A DNA stretch of 64,000 nt from a virus. The translations under genes were made by a program, and so were the position numbers. The notes under the pieces were generated by a model. The model did not search any database. It was not told the DNA's origin and worked only from the letters and a program-made list of their open reading frames with translations. Below are positions 42,105 to 51,398 of this stretch, one piece after another (within the stretch, counting starts at the first letter, position 1; every line of letters begins with the position of its first letter). The stretch covers positions 64,001 through 128,000 of the IMG/VR virus record IMGVR_UViG_3300033146_000946, one strand, 5' to 3'.

Positions 42105-42854
42105 CTAATGAATATGATAATCGTATAAGTTATTAATAACTCGATCATAATCTAAATGAACTTTTTTAAACATAAATCTAAATCGATGCCACCAAGCACC
42201 AGGTAATTGCATAAGTTTAGAATTATAAGGATGTTCATAACCCATTTCAATAGGTGGAACATCACATACTATATCATGTGTAAAAAATACTCGCAGATAA
42301 TCGATTGAATTATTTACCAAATATTCAGCAAGATTTCTATCAGCTATTCTAGGTTGACCATATGTTGTAACATATAATGTTAAATGATCAGCATAGTTAT
42401 TTAATTTTAACAAAGTAGCAGCCATTAATGCTAACGCTCCACCTCTAGAATGACCTATAAAATTATTATCTTTTGCTGTATTTAATTTTTCTTTAATTAA
42501 ATCTATTAATTTAATAGATTTTTTATTTTTAGTATTATATTTATATAAATCTAATAAAGATAAATAAAAACCTTGATGAAATTTAATATCATTAATATTA
42601 ATTCCTATAGCATCAAAATTATTAAGCCAATCTATAACATCATTAGATCCAAGAAATATAAAATTTATTTCTTTAGAATTTTCTGCGATATACATCACAT
42701 CATTTCCTATAACGTATCTTTTAAAATGATATACATTATTTCTTTGATTTTTTAAATGTAATTTGATAGTTGCAGCATGTGCTCCATCTGTATACATTTT
42801 TTGGGCAAAATGATAAAGTTGCCAATGATTAAATGTTCTATCTAATTTATTCAT
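42105..42854 (-). CDS. Class 3 lipase / alpha-beta hydrolase
   Basis: FxGS..DW, HQGF, GHSRGGALA nucleophile elbow, TYGQPR, DIV..VPP and a terminal His. Confidence 0.88.
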   Translation of the reverse strand: MNKLDRTFNHWQLYHFAQKMYTDGAHAATIKLHLKNQRNNVYHFKRYVIGNDVMYIAENSKEINFIFLGSNDVIDWLNNFDAIGININDIKFHQGFYLSLLDLYKYNTKNKKSIKLIDLIKEKLNTAKDNNFIGHSRGGALALMAATLLKLNNYADHLTLYVTTYGQPRIADRNLAEYLVNNSIDYLRVFFTHDIVCDVPPIEMGYEHPYNSKLMQLPGAWWHRFRFMFKKVHLDYDRVINNLYDYHIH

Positions 42855-43575
42855 TTAATTCCTCATATTTATTTGATTTTTTAAGATTATCTTCAGCAGA
42901 TAATATTTGCATATTAGTATAGTGAAAACATTTTTCTTGTTCTTCAGGTTTTGACAAATCAAACATTGAACAAGGTTTAATATGATCAATATGATATTCT
43001 TGTCCAGAATAATTATGTATATCAAAATCTAAGTATCCATTATCAATTGCTGTTTGTTGTAAATGATTTTTAAATTCTTCTATAAAACAACCTAATAATT
43101 TCATTGTTGATTTAGATTTAATATTATTTTTTAAAGTTTGGTTTATTCTTTGTCGTAATCTATTACCTATAAGTATATTAACATTGTTTTTTCTTTTATT
43201 CATTTCATTACTATAACCATATTTTTTTCTAAATTTCATTTTATAAAAATATGATTCATTATATACACATTGTTTACATTTCTTTGAAATATTAAAATAT
43301 CTATAACGTGTATGCTTTGAATAAAAAAAATTATTTAATGATTTAATCTCCTTACATTGTTTACATTTAGCACCATTATGTTTTATGAAATTAATTCTAT
43401 CTATTACATAATTTGGAAAATTTTGTTTTATTCTATATTTAACTTTACTAAGTTTAGATATATCATTAATATTGTAATACTCTCTTATAGCTGCAGTTAA
43501 TGTTGAATATTTAAGTGTTATAAATAATTGATATATATTATATAAATCTTCTTTTTTAAATGTTTCATTATACAT
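42847..43575 (-). CDS. HNH-type (putative homing) endonuclease
   Basis: CKQC..CKQC zinc motif; C-terminal HIDHIKPCSMFDL....CFHYTNMQ.L...DNLKKS. Confidence 0.75.
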   Translation of the reverse strand: MYNETFKKEDLYNIYQLFITLKYSTLTAAIREYYNINDISKLSKVKYRIKQNFPNYVIDRINFIKHNGAKCKQCKEIKSLNNFFYSKHTRYRYFNISKKCKQCVYNESYFYKMKFRKKYGYSNEMNKRKNNVNILIGNRLRQRINQTLKNNIKSKSTMKLLGCFIEEFKNHLQQTAIDNGYLDFDIHNYSGQEYHIDHIKPCSMFDLSKPEEQEKCFHYTNMQILSAEDNLKKSNKYEELNE

Positions 43576-43584
43576 AATATACTC

Positions 43585-44238
43585 CTAATGTTTTCTAAAA
43601 GCTATATTATATTTTTTGTCTACCATACATAAATTACAAGATTTACAACTACCAGGACATAATTTATATCCTTCTGGTATTTCTTCATTTTTATCTAATA
43701 TAGTTGTCATACCATTATTACCTTTATTATGTCCAGAACCTTTAACTAAAAAAGATACATTTTTAAAATTAAGATCTTTTCTAGATGTATAACCATAAAC
43801 TACAATTCCAAAATTTCTTAATTTTTTAGCAATAACATCTAGTTTTTTAATATCATGTTGATCCCAAAAATCTCCAGCTTCATTAAATCTAATATATTTA
43901 ATAGGTATACTAGATTTTTTATCAGCTATTTTTTTAATAATATCATTAGATATAGTAGTAGCTGAATTATTTCTCCAATAATTAAATTGTCTTTGTCGAT
44001 AAGGTTCAACTTGTTTATATAATTGTTCTGCTTTTAAAGCATAACATTTAGCACCATTTTTAACAGCATTACACATTCCAAGTTCTTTACTTGGACAATT
44101 AGTAGCTGATCCCATATTTAAAATTAAAGTATTTTTACCAAGTTTAGTATTACCTATTGATATTTCTAATATATTTGAATCATTTGTAACTAATGCCATT
44201 TTTTTTAAAAGTTTATTTATTTTTTGTAATTTATTCAT
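43585..44238 (-). CDS. Gp88-like phage protein (Cys-rich, radical-SAM-like)
   Basis: GN.KL, CP......C......CYA, IRFNEAGDF, YGYT and C-terminal CPGSCKSCNLC....F..H. Confidence 0.65.
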   Translation of the reverse strand: MNKLQKINKLLKKMALVTNDSNILEISIGNTKLGKNTLILNMGSATNCPSKELGMCNAVKNGAKCYALKAEQLYKQVEPYRQRQFNYWRNNSATTISNDIIKKIADKKSSIPIKYIRFNEAGDFWDQHDIKKLDVIAKKLRNFGIVVYGYTSRKDLNFKNVSFLVKGSGHNKGNNGMTTILDKNEEIPEGYKLCPGSCKSCNLCMVDKKYNIAFRKH

Positions 44239-44239
44239 T

Positions 44240-44590
44240 TTATTTTTCCTTATATAATTCTTTTAATTTTGATATTATATCTAAAATTTCAATTAATTTT
44301 TTATGTATTTTCATAGATAGTATTTTTTTTATTATTTTTATATGTTTAAATAATTTAAATACTTTAAATATAGGTAATAATAATATAATATCAAACCAAT
44401 AATTTTTAAAAAAATCTTTTTTATTATTATATATAATAAAAAGATATATTAATTCTATTATATAATAGAATGAAATAATATATAAAATATTATGTATAAT
44501 ATTATTTTTAAATTTAAATGATAAAAAAAATACTATTACCCATATTATAAATATTATATATTTGATAATTTTATTAAATTTTAAATTCAT
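44240..44590 (-). CDS. Membrane protein resembling a stand-alone voltage-sensor (S1-S4) domain
   Basis: Hydrophobic helices, S2 'FYYIIE', S3 'FFKNYWFDIILLLP' and S4 'FKVFKLFKHIKIIK'. Confidence 0.5.
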   Translation of the reverse strand: MNLKFNKIIKYIIFIIWVIVFFLSFKFKNNIIHNILYIISFYYIIELIYLFIIYNNKKDFFKNYWFDIILLLPIFKVFKLFKHIKIIKKILSMKIHKKLIEILDIISKLKELYKEK

Positions 44591-44918
44591 TACAATTTAT
44601 TATTTTTATAGTTATATTTAATTTTTTTATTTTATTTACATATTTTAACATTTTAGCTTTATTAAAATCATGTTTAGTAAAACATAATAAAAATATACCT
44701 GGTTTTTTTCCAGTAAATGTACTATATGCTAATGCTTGACCGATTGCTTCATACCATTTACAAGCAAAATCTACTTCATATGCATGCGACTTTGTAATTA
44801 TATCAACACTTAATCCATTATCTAATTTATATTCAATTTTACCATTAATAATATCAGCTAATTTGATCTGATATTGTTGTTCTGATAATTCTTTTTTTTT
44901 AGTATTATTAATAATCAT
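44574..44918 (-). CDS. Small PD-(D/E)XK-like nuclease-fold protein
   Basis: E...Q...EY.L..G..VDI.T...AYEVDF..KW.EAIGQAL.Y. Confidence 0.6.
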   Translation of the reverse strand: MIINNTKKKELSEQQYQIKLADIINGKIEYKLDNGLSVDIITKSHAYEVDFACKWYEAIGQALAYSTFTGKKPGIFLLCFTKHDFNKAKMLKYVNKIKKLNITIKIINCNEFKI

Positions 44919-44920
44919 AA

Positions 44921-45328
44921 TTAAATCTCATAATATTTTAATACTTTAATTAATTCTTTTTTTAATTCGCAAATATCGTTAATAGAAGTGATAGAATGTT
45001 TAGTTTCATTTCTATTTTCATCAAATGTACCAATATACATTTTAGATGATTCTAAATATAATCTAGCAAGTGGTTTTCTATTATTATCATCTAATAATAT
45101 ACCACAATATTTTATTTTATCTCTTAAAATAATTCTAGAAGGATTAATTTTTGAAGATAATAATCCAATAATTATTCCATATGAAATCAATTCTTCATCA
45201 GTTGTTTGTATTCTAACTTCTGATTCTTGTTGTACTTCAATTTCATCTATTTCTTCTTCTGCTATAATTCCTTCTATATTATTAATATTATCAGTATTTT
45301 TTTTAAAAAGTTTTTTAAAAATCTCCAT
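44921..45328 (-). CDS. Stand-alone domain resembling the C-terminus of HsdR_N-type restriction-endonuclease-like proteins
   Basis: 'I.TT.EE....I......RI..RD...Y..ILLDDNNRKP..RLY'. Confidence 0.55.
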   Translation of the reverse strand: MEIFKKLFKKNTDNINNIEGIIAEEEIDEIEVQQESEVRIQTTDEELISYGIIIGLLSSKINPSRIILRDKIKYCGILLDDNNRKPLARLYLESSKMYIGTFDENRNETKHSITSINDICELKKELIKVLKYYEI

Positions 45329-45339
45329 TTAATTCTCCT

Positions 45340-45783
45340 TTACCAACTACTGATATAATACAATGTATCTATTTCAAAATTTACTGGTTCTATAATACCA
45401 TCTCCAAATGTTTCTTGTAATTCTTCACCATTTAAAATTTTATATATTTTATCATAAGTATTTACAATATCTTCAATAAAATATTCATCTATATCTGTTG
45501 AACCAAAAAAGAATCCAGCAGTTGGTGGTAAATTTTCATTTATATAATCCAAATCATCTGAATTATCTTTTATATATTTTAATATATCTAATAATGTTTC
45601 AAGAATATCTCTTGTTAATTTATAATAATTACAGTCATCAATATTATCTTGTACATTTCTAACAAACCAATTATGTAATGCATTGAATTTTCGCCAATAA
45701 GCTATTTCTTCAAGATCATCATAATTGGGTTCAGATTTATTAGTTTGTTGATGTTCACGATACATCATCATATCTAAACCCAT
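45340..45783 (-). CDS. Conserved phage hypothetical protein (MGLD / YWRK family)
   Basis: MGLDM...EIAYWRK.NA.H.WFV...LP...GFFFGS...Y.SSW. Confidence 0.7.
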   Translation of the reverse strand: MGLDMMMYREHQQTNKSEPNYDDLEEIAYWRKFNALHNWFVRNVQDNIDDCNYYKLTRDILETLLDILKYIKDNSDDLDYINENLPPTAGFFFGSTDIDEYFIEDIVNTYDKIYKILNGEELQETFGDGIIEPVNFEIDTLYYISSW

Positions 45784-45792
45784 ATTATCTCC

Positions 45793-48700
45793 TTATTCAA
45801 AATCATGATTAACTTTATCTAATTTAACTTTATCTGGAATATCATCTAAACCAATATCGATAAATAAAGATTGTTGTTTAACACGAGAGATGTTAAATTT
45901 ATTTAACATCTTATCTATTTGTTTATTATAATAACTAATATCTATTTCAGATATGTCCTTAGCTAATTTAATAAATTTATAATTTTCACCAGTTTTTTTC
46001 TCATAAAACTTTTTAAATTTTGGATCAGTTAAAGGTTTACACGTAATAATGTAAGGAATAGTTGTATCAACTGCAGGTTTAGAATGAGTAAGATGTTCAT
46101 ATTGAGCTGCTAAAAATGCAACTTGACCAGTTTTATCATCGTATTCATCTAAATCTTTATTTAATCTAATCCTATATTCAAAATCCTTTAATTCTAATCC
46201 AGTAAAATCATATGCTTCTCTAATAACTTCTTCCATTGGTTTATTATTAAACCAATATTCAATAGCTAAATCACGAGCCCTATCTTGTACATAACAATTA
46301 CGAGATGATTTTAATGAAGATCCATGTAAGTGAGTATGTCCTTCAATTTCAACAACATAATTTTTCATAGCACAAAAATAAGCTGGTCCTACAATATCTA
46401 GTTCCATTTGCATATAATTTTCATCAATACCAAATTGATTAATCATTAATTGATCTAACCATTTATTAGTTTCTTCTTCAGAAATCCATTTATCAATAGC
46501 AAGACCATCAGTATTATGTAAAACTATATTACCTAATGCTGTAACAAAAGTTCCATCATCAGTTGATATATCATAAACATATGTATCATTTTTATTAGAT
46601 ATTATTATATTATTTTTAATAACTAAACCATTAGAATAATCTTCATCATTATATCTAACACATCTATATGTATTACCATTATTAACTAAATATATTTTAC
46701 AATCATTAAATATAAATTGTATACCAGCAGCTAATGTTTTAGATGAGGTATCAATATATCTATTTTTACGCATACTATAAGGTTTAATTGCATACGTTGA
46801 ATCAGCTAATAAACCACCAATAAATGCATCACCTTTTTCGACATTGTTTATAATATCAATAGGCACTTTACTATATCCATTTTTTGTATATAATTTTTTA
46901 ATTAAAAACTCATATATTTTAAAACTATTTTTACCCCAAGGTATAAGTTCATAATGATTTCTAAATTCTGTTGTTCTAAATCTACATTCAAATTTTGAAC
47001 CAATATATAAATTTAGTAATTTAACAATGTTTGTTTTTATATGTTTATATTTTTTACTTAAAATTAATTTTGTTTTTAAAGTTCTAAATCTAGTTTTATA
47101 TGTATCTATTTTAATATTATTAAGTAAAAATCCATATAACCATGCTAATTCATTATTTATAAAATTATTATTTGGTATATAAAAATAATCAGTTAATTCA
47201 ATATGACTTTTATTTACGATAATATCTTTTGGTGTTAATTCTTCTTCATTATTATTAAATAAAGAATGATCTTCTGTTATATCAACAAAACCATTTTTTA
47301 TTCTAGTTCTATATATATTTTTTGATACTTCATGTCGTTTCGTATAATTAATATCAGCCCAACCATGTCTAGTTAAAGCTTTAATAGGTTCAACTACTTC
47401 ATAATTTTTAGCATCACCTCTATGTATATCTTCAATAGGAATTATATCTACCATATTCATAAATTTATTTTTAACCCAAATAGGAGTATCACCAGTTACA
47501 CTATCGAGTTCTACTAATTCATCTTCGTATTTAACAATAGTTTTACCAGTAGTATATCTACACATTGCTGTAATAGTTGCACCAGTTATAGTATCACCAT
47601 ATGTTGAACTTTTTAAACCTTGAATACCATAAATAGAATTCAAAATAATTTTAATAGCAAGCTGTTGAGAATCAAGCATAGGAACTAATTCAGGATTAGT
47701 TTTAGCTGCTTCTTTCATCTCTTTTTTAATAGCTTTACGTTCAGCCCAAAGCATCTTAATTTCTTTTTTAAGAATACCTTCAATATCATTTCTAACACGA
47801 ACTACGAGATCTACACCAAAGTTTTTATCTGGAAATGAATGCCAATCATATTTAGCAGTCTTTTTAAATTTGTATTTACCAGTATAAGGTCTAACTTCAA
47901 TTAATTTAGTTGTATCAGGTCCTAAATTAAAAGTACATATAGCAGAAGGATACATAGATGTAAAGTCAAGTTTATATGTATCTTCAAATTTACCATATTT
48001 ATATAAACCAACGAGTGCACCTTGATATTTTAATTCTTTATTATCATATTTTCTAAATTGATATCTAGTACCAGTTCTAGAATTATATTTACTAAAATTA
48101 GTTTCAGTAGATATAAGTTTATTTTTATAAAAGTTACGAGCTAAAAATATTTTAGGTATAAAAGATGGATAACTATTCATAGTATCATTTAAAGATACTT
48201 GAACTTTTTCAGCAAGTGTTATATCATTTCTAATATAAACAGCACCTACATGTTCAGTTCTAATAACATCTGCTTTTTGATATGACCATAATAAATCTGG
48301 ATTTTCAGTTCTAACTTTTTCAGTATTTCTAATAGCATCTTCAAGTTCAACATCAGCATCTTTATCAAGTGGTACTTTATAATGTCGTGCTAATGTTTTT
48401 AATGATTTATTTTTAAGACCATATAATGATTGATCTTTAAGAACTTTAAGATACATATCATAATGTATTCTACCATTAATAAATATTTGACCTCTGTCAT
48501 TTATAAATGGAGATTTATTTTCTCGAGCAAAACCTTGCATAGATACTTTTCTAATTTTACATCGATTATAAAAATAAGGAAAGTCAAATATTTCTGAGTT
48601 ATATCCAGCTAATATATCAACATCCCATTTTCTCATAGCTTCTACAAAATCTTGTAGAATAAATAAATCTGTTTTATCTTCGTCATAATTATTAAGTAAT

Positions 48701-49185
48701 GTATAATTTAACTTTTCCTTTGATCCATCAGGATGATAATCCCAAATAGAAAATCCTATACAAATAATAGGTTGTTTTTCTGGTTTTGGGAATACATCAT
48801 CACCAACAGTTCTAGTCTCAATATCCCAGAACATTATTCTAATTTTTTCTTCATGAGGAAATTTTAAAATAAAATCTGGATCACTAATATATAATTGTTC
48901 GACATAACTATTATTATAAATTTGATTTATTTTATCTTTATGTCTATCAAGAAATTCTCGTTGTTGAGCCGTATCATTAAATACGACTCTTTTATAATTA
49001 GTTAATTCATCATCTGGGATTTTAGTCCATTTTTCAATAGCTTTATTTGAGACAGAAACTTCTGGAAAAGCTGACTCTTCCAGAAGATTAAAAGGTTTAA
49101 AAGGAAAATTTGTATATACAAATTTATTATTATGAAAGATCCTCAGATTCGTTTTCGTTGCTTTCAACAGTAGCGGTACTTTCAT
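45793..49185 (-). CDS. polB: Family B DNA polymerase (intein-containing)
   Basis: ExoI DIET, ExoII YNSEIFDFPY, motif A DFTSMYPS, motif B KIILNSIYG; motif C ELD|TDG is split by the intein. Confidence 0.93.
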   Translation of the reverse strand: MKVPLLLKATKTNLRIFHNNKFVYTNFPFKPFNLLEESAFPEVSVSNKAIEKWTKIPDDELTNYKRVVFNDTAQQREFLDRHKDKINQIYNNSYVEQLYISDPDFILKFPHEEKIRIMFWDIETRTVGDDVFPKPEKQPIICIGFSIWDYHPDGSKEKLNYTLLNNYDEDKTDLFILQDFVEAMRKWDVDILAGYNSEIFDFPYFYNRCKIRKVSMQGFARENKSPFINDRGQIFINGRIHYDMYLKVLKDQSLYGLKNKSLKTLARHYKVPLDKDADVELEDAIRNTEKVRTENPDLLWSYQKADVIRTEHVGAVYIRNDITLAEKVQVSLNDTMNSYPSFIPKIFLARNFYKNKLISTETNFSKYNSRTGTRYQFRKYDNKELKYQGALVGLYKYGKFEDTYKLDFTSMYPSAICTFNLGPDTTKLIEVRPYTGKYKFKKTAKYDWHSFPDKNFGVDLVVRVRNDIEGILKKEIKMLWAERKAIKKEMKEAAKTNPELVPMLDSQQLAIKIILNSIYGIQGLKSSTYGDTITGATITAMCRYTTGKTIVKYEDELVELDSVTGDTPIWVKNKFMNMVDIIPIEDIHRGDAKNYEVVEPIKALTRHGWADINYTKRHEVSKNIYRTRIKNGFVDITEDHSLFNNNEEELTPKDIIVNKSHIELTDYFYIPNNNFINNELAWLYGFLLNNIKIDTYKTRFRTLKTKLILSKKYKHIKTNIVKLLNLYIGSKFECRFRTTEFRNHYELIPWGKNSFKIYEFLIKKLYTKNGYSKVPIDIINNVEKGDAFIGGLLADSTYAIKPYSMRKNRYIDTSSKTLAAGIQFIFNDCKIYLVNNGNTYRCVRYNDEDYSNGLVIKNNIIISNKNDTYVYDISTDDGTFVTALGNIVLHNTDGLAIDKWISEEETNKWLDQLMINQFGIDENYMQMELDIVGPAYFCAMKNYVVEIEGHTHLHGSSLKSSRNCYVQDRARDLAIEYWFNNKPMEEVIREAYDFTGLELKDFEYRIRLNKDLDEYDDKTGQVAFLAAQYEHLTHSKPAVDTTIPYIITCKPLTDPKFKKFYEKKTGENYKFIKLAKDISEIDISYYNKQIDKMLNKFNISRVKQQSLFIDIGLDDIPDKVKLDKVNHDFE
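46513..47502 (-). mobile_element. Intein (330 aa) in polB motif C with a degenerate LAGLIDADG domain
   Basis: Starts SVTGDTP, block B ITEDHSL, block F VYDIST, ends VLHN followed by Thr (+1). Confidence 0.92.
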
Positions 49186-49552
49186 TTTCAGCTTCCTCTT
49201 GTTTTTGCATATAAGTGTTTAGTCTTTCTGTAAGACTTCTAATATCATCATTGTCTATTGATTTACCAATATTAGTGATAATACTAATTGTGTCATTAGA
49301 AATGGTATCCAATTCATCTAAGATATTTTTATTATCTTTATAATCATTTAGCAATTTAGCATTAACAATCATTTTAGATAGAATATCAAATAGTTCATTG
49401 AATCCCATACTAGTAGCAGCAAGAAGTGCACTTGTAATTTGATCATCATTAAGATCTTTTGTTTCTAATTCATTGATAACATTTTCATAAATTTCACCAA
49501 TTTTTGGGTTTTCTGATACACTATGATACATAGTATTGTTGTTTTTACTCAT
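49130..49552 (-). CDS. Acidic helical hypothetical protein (140 aa)
   Basis: ORF track. Confidence 0.55.
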   Translation of the reverse strand: MSKNNNTMYHSVSENPKIGEIYENVINELETKDLNDDQITSALLAATSMGFNELFDILSKMIVNAKLLNDYKDNKNILDELDTISNDTISIITNIGKSIDNDDIRSLTERLNTYMQKQEEAENESTATVESNENESEDLS

Positions 49553-49976
49553 CTTTTAATTCCTTTAGTTTAAGTAAGATATTAACCAATTCATCATTTA
49601 AATCAGTTGTAATATTATTAACAGATTGTTCAATATATTTTCTAGATAATGTCATAGATATTTTAGCAAGATCGTCATAATCAAGATTAGAATCTTTAAT
49701 TATTTTTTCAATTGCTAAAATTAATTTATAAGAATATTCTAATTGCCCAATTGCATTAGTCAATAATTGTAAACTCATTGCATATGTAGTTCCAATCATA
49801 TCTTTTTGCGTTTCTTCATCAGGTAATATACCTTCATCGTTAACAAATTGCGATTTAAATAAATTATAATATTCATCAAATTCAGTTCTAACTTTTTCAC
49901 CCAGAGTAGAATAATCGACATTTTTTAAATTTTCAATAATGTCATCTATCTCAACAGGTTCTGTTACGTCTATCAT
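49545..49976 (-). CDS. Acidic helical hypothetical protein (143 aa)
   Basis: ORF track; possible paralog of 49130-49552. Confidence 0.55.
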   Translation of the reverse strand: MIDVTEPVEIDDIIENLKNVDYSTLGEKVRTEFDEYYNLFKSQFVNDEGILPDEETQKDMIGTTYAMSLQLLTNAIGQLEYSYKLILAIEKIIKDSNLDYDDLAKISMTLSRKYIEQSVNNITTDLNDELVNILLKLKELKDE

Positions 49977-49986
49977 ATAATATCCT

Positions 49987-50397
49987 TTATATTAAAGCCC
50001 AATCTCGAATATTCTTAGAATATTTAAGTTTCTTTTTATTAGTATTTAGTTCTCGTAAAATCGCTTCATCTGATATAGAATCATATCCTATACATTTAAA
50101 TCTTTTACCAGTTTTAACATTAAAATAATCTTGTCCTTTATGAAAATTTGCATGTGTTAAAATTAATCTTTTATGAGAATCATATTTAGCATTTGTTCTA
50201 TATAAAATAAAATCTTCACCTATATTATCTCTTAATTTTTCAACTAATTTTCTAGAATTAGTTAATAAATAAATTTCATCAAATAAAATTTCACGTCCAG
50301 TTTCATCATTTAATGTTACATAATCGAAATGTGATACAGTAAATTCCATATTAGTGCTCCTATTATAAATACTATTTAATGATATGTAATCTTTCAA
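49987..50397 (-). CDS. Hypothetical protein
   Basis: ORF track; start uncertain (an internal ATG, MEFTVS, follows AGGAG). Confidence 0.5.
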   Translation of the reverse strand: MKDYISLNSIYNRSTNMEFTVSHFDYVTLNDETGREILFDEIYLLTNSRKLVEKLRDNIGEDFILYRTNAKYDSHKRLILTHANFHKGQDYFNVKTGKRFKCIGYDSISDEAILRELNTNKKKLKYSKNIRDWALI

Positions 50398-50893
50398 AAC
50401 TAAGAGTTTCTCTTAGTTCTTCAATCATATCATTTATATATACATTATTTTTATATAAAGTATTCTCTTTATCTATCATTAATTTAATAATATTAACTAA
50501 ATGTATTACAACACCTTCTGTCAATATTAAATCATTAATATCAGATTTAGCATGAGTAACTGTTATATAATATAGTATATATAAAATTGAATCAATTTTC
50601 AAGTTATTTTCATAATTATTCGATATTATATATTTTATAATAGAATTATAGATATAACTGTAAGGTAAAGCATTTACGATTTTTGATTTATTATTAATTT
50701 TAGATTTTAATAAACATATTTTATTATCATCTATTAAAATATTAAAATTATTATTATTTAATTCAGTAGAATATGTAGATAGAATCAAATCTAAATCAAT
50801 ATCATTAATAATAGTTATCCCAGAATTTTTTAAAAAAATTGATCTAGGATAACCATAATCTGCTATAAAATCAATTAATGAACTAATGTTCAT
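50372..50893 (-). CDS. Hypothetical protein (173 aa)
   Basis: Directly follows the Ubl gene. Confidence 0.5.
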   Translation of the reverse strand: MNISSLIDFIADYGYPRSIFLKNSGITIINDIDLDLILSTYSTELNNNNFNILIDDNKICLLKSKINNKSKIVNALPYSYIYNSIIKYIISNNYENNLKIDSILYILYYITVTHAKSDINDLILTEGVVIHLVNIIKLMIDKENTLYKNNVYINDMIEELRETLSFERLHIIK

Positions 50894-50895
50894 TA

Positions 50896-51114
50896 TTAAC
50901 CACCAATTAATTGATTCATAATAGTAATAGTTTTTGCATCCTGAAGTTCATCTTCTAATACAAAATCTTTCATATAAGGTGAACCATTAATATAAATTGT
51001 CTTATTATTTCTTTTTTCAGAATTAATAAAATCAATTGCTTCTTTTAAATCGTAATCTTTTACAACTGGGCCATTTGTATCAATCATTTCGATTGTAATT
51101 TTTTTGTTACTCAT
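50896..51114 (-). CDS. Ubiquitin-like (ThiS/MoaD-type beta-grasp) protein ending in Gly-Gly
   Basis: 72 aa; 'IYING' and the C-terminal 'ELQDAKTITIMNQLIGG-stop' match the ThiS/MoaD L-x-D-x-x-x-I-x-I...GG pattern. Confidence 0.72.
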   Translation of the reverse strand: MSNKKITIEMIDTNGPVVKDYDLKEAIDFINSEKRNNKTIYINGSPYMKDFVLEDELQDAKTITIMNQLIGG

Positions 51115-51395
51115 TATTCATCTCCTAATATAATTAAAATGTCAGACTCATCCATTATTAAATATTTTTTATCTCTTAATTCAATTTCAGTTCCAGCATA
51201 CTTCCCATGTAATACTGTATCACCTATTACTGCGGTCATATCATAATCAGATGTACCTGGACCAGTAGCAATCACTTTTGCTAATTGTGGTCTATCTTGA
51301 GCTTGATCTGGAATATAAATTCCACCTTTAGTAATTGTTTCTTTTTCGATAGGTTCTAATAAAATTTTAGAACCTAATAATGTTACATTTTTCAT
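51114..51395 (-). CDS. groES: Co-chaperonin GroES
   Basis: ETITKGGIYIPD.A...PQ.A.VIATGPG...GD.VL.GKYAGTEI...YLIM.ESDIL. Confidence 0.93.
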   Translation of the reverse strand: MKNVTLLGSKILLEPIEKETITKGGIYIPDQAQDRPQLAKVIATGPGTSDYDMTAVIGDTVLHGKYAGTEIELRDKKYLIMDESDILIILGDE

Positions 51396-51398
51396 AAA

